This document shows positions 61,001 to 64,000 of a DNA stretch of 64,000 nt, piece after piece. The DNA lies in contig CM082581.2 of NCBI GenBank assembly GCA_040954595.2, forward strand, positions 10,291,099 to 10,355,098. The letters run 5' to 3'. The first letter of the stretch is position 1; every line of letters begins with the position of its first letter. A program made the translations under genes and the position numbers. The notes under the pieces were generated by a model. That model worked only from the letters and a program-made list of their open reading frames with translations, made no database searches and had not been told where the DNA came from. The DNA comes from Balanoglossus misakiensis (Eukaryota > Animalia > Hemichordata).

Positions 61001-63270
61001 ATAATTTTCATTATATGTAAATAAGTTCATTTGCATAATTAAATACACTTTCAAAGGACTTTGATGAACTTTGCTAAATACTCACAGAATGAACTGAAAC
61101 AAATATTGAGCTTTTCCCAGACAGTAGCAATACTGCTTCAGCCATTGATCCTTCCTAATGCATGTTTATTTATCAGCAGTTCTTCAAGGTCAGTGACAGA
61201 AATCAAATTCCAGCCATGACCTGAACAGTTCGCGCGTGAATGTATCTACATAATTGACTGCTGTGAAGTACACCCTGGGAATCCACGCACATTTATATAC
61301 ATGTACACAGACAACCTACAACTCCGTGCAATCTGTCAGTTCATTTCAAGGGTACAAAATTCTCAAATTTAAAAAGCAACATCTGATCATCCGGAGCATG
61401 TTCTTTCGATGATTACCGAGTTATTTATCACCACAGTGGGGTTGCTTATAATACCTGTCAGAATTTCCACTGGGAATACACTTGCGAAGGTTATTAGGAA
61501 TAAAAACAGGAACTCCCTTTAAAAGGATTCTGTTTAGCTCTTTTTCAGAGTTTATTGGAAAGAACAGCAATACGTGTCTCAACTGACACTCTCCGTATTA
61601 AGATAGATTTCGCTTTAATGGTGTAGGGAATTGTGAGATATATTGTCAATTTGTAAGAAAGTCAATTGCCAGCATCTATTTTTGAAGGGAGGCTATTGAT
61701 TCTCGTAACTTATCCAAAAAAGTGACATATGTCGGGCCCTGGGGGAAATCCATTCTCACCAATAGCAGAATGTTAGAATTAAACAGAGAAAAATCCTATA
61801 CCACACTGACAGTATATAATACCCGTAAATAATGGCTGTATCACACCTCTGTGTATGATGTACGCTGCCTTTTGTTCTTACTTTTAGTACCAGTAGTGAC
61901 TTAAATTATCAGAATATTTTGCTGTCAGGCTTTTGTTCATTGATTGATGCACTTTACCTCTGCAATTTGGTCGTGTAGCGCAGAAGATTACCAGATAATC
62001 AAGATGGTATCAATTTGTTATTGATGAAGACATAAACTCAAGCAGAGAATTCACAGCATTTGGTTCAGTCTGTAGTGATTGCATCGACTGTGAGCCTAGA
62101 AATCTGCTGTTTCTAAATATTCATACAATTTGCAACTCATGATGAAAAGAGGGAACACCATCTAGCTCGTAAAACAGACATATGATGCCTGATTACATTA
62201 TTCTACTGGTATACGGTTGCCACTCTTCAGATCAGTTGCAGTGTAGAACTACAGCTGAAATTTACTGAGTAAATGTAAAAATTTGTCCAACTGGATTGTT
62301 TATGGCTGATGACAAATGTCAAAAAATTCCATAGTTGACAGTAACTGTAGATTTATCTGGGTGCAAGCCTGCAACATGGACTCCATACAAGGGGTTGCAT
62401 TGTAAAATTCTGATGAGGTCAGGAGTCAAATCTAAGTACAATAAATCCTGCTATAAGTGTGAAGCCCATCTCTGGGATACACAAAAAAATGGTTTTGCCA
62501 TCATCAAACTTGGTTTAATTACCAAGGTGACTTAATACTCAAGTTCTGGGTGACAAGAAAAACTTTAAGTCAAGTTTTTGTTGAGTATTGACTTTAATAC
62601 AGCAAATTTCTGCAGTCAGAAAACTGACCATTCAGACCATTCCATTGTCATAGCAACTGTGTCTGGCTTGAATTCACATCACTCAGCTAATGGCTTAATC
62701 GAAACGAGCATACCACGGCAGAGCTTAGCAAAGTCCCTGCACACAACTCTACATATCATGTCAACTTTTATATCTCCAGTTAAACAATATATATAACCTT
62801 ACTCAAGGGTTCATTTTGCTCTGTCAGCCCAGTGGTAAGCCAAGTCCATCTCTCGGTTTCTACTACGAACCAACGACGACACCCAACTCCGAGAATTTTA
62901 AGGTCGTTTGACTTCTGATGTTTCTGACCACAGAATTATTTCAAAACTCAGAAGTTGGAAAGTTTGAGGTTGGGTCACTCTGTATGTGGTGGCCTTTAAT
63001 CATGTACTTTAAAGAAAGACTTATGGTGTAGATAATGACAGTATTACAAGTGACATATGTCTTCTACATTGGTCTAATGTAACAGTCTGGTTTTACTAGG
63101 CGCACTGTATCAAGTTTAATTTGACGCAGGCATGTATCCAATATAAATGTTCTTCATGTGGTCTACAAGTGTTTTGACACTGACAGAATGCAATATAATG
63201 TAATGTAGTCGAACCTGGGGCTGACAGGGCTCATCTCAAAAGTGTCCTGGGGTCACGGACTTATAATTTG

Positions 63271-63353
63271 CTACTTCGCACGTAAACATGTGTCAGACAT
63301 CTGAAAATTCACTACTTTGCACGTAAACGTATTATGTCAGACATCAGAAAATT
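63271..63353. repeat. Tandem duplication, 2 x ~41 bp
   Basis: CTACTT(C/T)GCACGTAAAC...TGTCAGACATC(T/A)GAAAATT at 63271-63309 and 63312-63353. Confidence 0.85.
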
Positions 63354-63481
63354 AACCAATGCTAGAAACATTATTTTATAAATGTCAGTGTCACTTTCTA
63401 TTTGTAGTGAGTAATTCAAGTGGTGAAGTATTAATTTTGAGCATGTTTTGTTCATATATATGGTTCTCATACGTTTGCATT

Positions 63482-63650
63482 CAGGGATCAGATTCACAAA
63501 ATTGGCTTATTTTAGCTATTGAGATCACCCCTAAGTCTTCTGAGGCACACCCTAGAGTTTCCAAAAAAACAGATCCCTTAGATACTAGCACTAATGTCCC
63601 TAACAAGGACATCCATCCTGGTACATATGTTGAGAATCTGAAAAGGCCCC
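63482..63650. mobile_element. Possible decayed PIF/Harbinger-type MITE
   Basis: CAGGGATCAGATTCACAA ... TTGAGAATCTGAAAAGGCCCC; inner inverted match CAGATTC(A/T)CAA 10/11. Confidence 0.3.
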
Positions 63651-64000
63651 CATTTAAATTCCATAGAACAATGGCTTGAAAGTTTGGTCTAAGAGTGGTC
63701 GGGTCTGAAGCGGGCAAACAAGCTTTGACTGCTATGTGGGGATTTCAGGGGAATTATTTATCACTTTGGTGGCAGAGTTGTCCTCCTCTCTCCTGTCATC
63801 CCCTCACGGCTGGTAACCCCCGCTGAGGTTGTTGAGCCACACTTCACAACAGGGTAACAAAATGTCCAATACAAACACCGGTATGTCCAAGCGAACCACT
63901 CCACAATTCACTTGAAATTTTAAGTGCCAAACCCCTGAAGATGAGGAACGCACCTTAAGGAGTCCAAACTGAAAATCAACTCTGTCTGTCCACGCCAAGA

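Larger units (their letters stand above)
41881..64000 (-). other. Very large Slit intron (>22 kb), equivalent to vertebrate SLIT intron 4
   Basis: The last exon found ([24 protein letters not shown]) matches vertebrate exon 5; no 72-nt phase-2 LRR exon was found by eye in the remaining 22 kb. Confidence 0.75.

Noticed and set aside
42000-63998. Numerous 60-120 aa ORFs in the giant intron
   Set aside because: No transposase, reverse transcriptase or other domain motifs recognised; lengths are as expected by chance.
1-64000. CRISPR arrays, operons, defence systems, rRNA/tRNA
   Set aside because: The window is spliceosomal-intron-containing eukaryotic DNA; no regularly spaced repeats or RNA-gene signatures were seen.

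Overview
AT-rich, intron-rich metazoan genomic DNA, not prokaryotic. It is probably an invertebrate deuterostome such as a hemichordate; this is an inference from vertebrate-like intron positions plus a 7-EGF Slit. Four protein-coding genes were assembled by hand from GT-AG boundaries and phase continuity. RAB28 (+, 7 exons, 666-3679) is complete. SRP72 (-, 15 exons, 6559-11200) is complete and has one U12-type intron. A MAP9/ASAP-like gene (-, 9 coding exons, 12221-16156) follows. Slit (-, 30 exons visible, 20126-41880) lacks its 5' exons, which lie beyond the window behind an intron of more than 22 kb. The most notable observation is a tandem-duplicated 72-nt LRR exon in Slit domain D4 with hallmarks of mutually exclusive splicing: an 86-nt intron, a candidate branch point about 34 nt from the upstream donor, and a complementary stem flanking one copy. 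Other observations include a possible cryptic symmetric exon in Slit D3, an antisense TATA/Inr promoter inside a Slit intron, X-box and CTCF-like motif clusters, nested MITEs, a 343-bp tandem duplication resembling an orphan first exon, and repeated acidic motifs in the MAP9-like protein. No rRNA, tRNA, CRISPR array or autonomous transposon was recognised.
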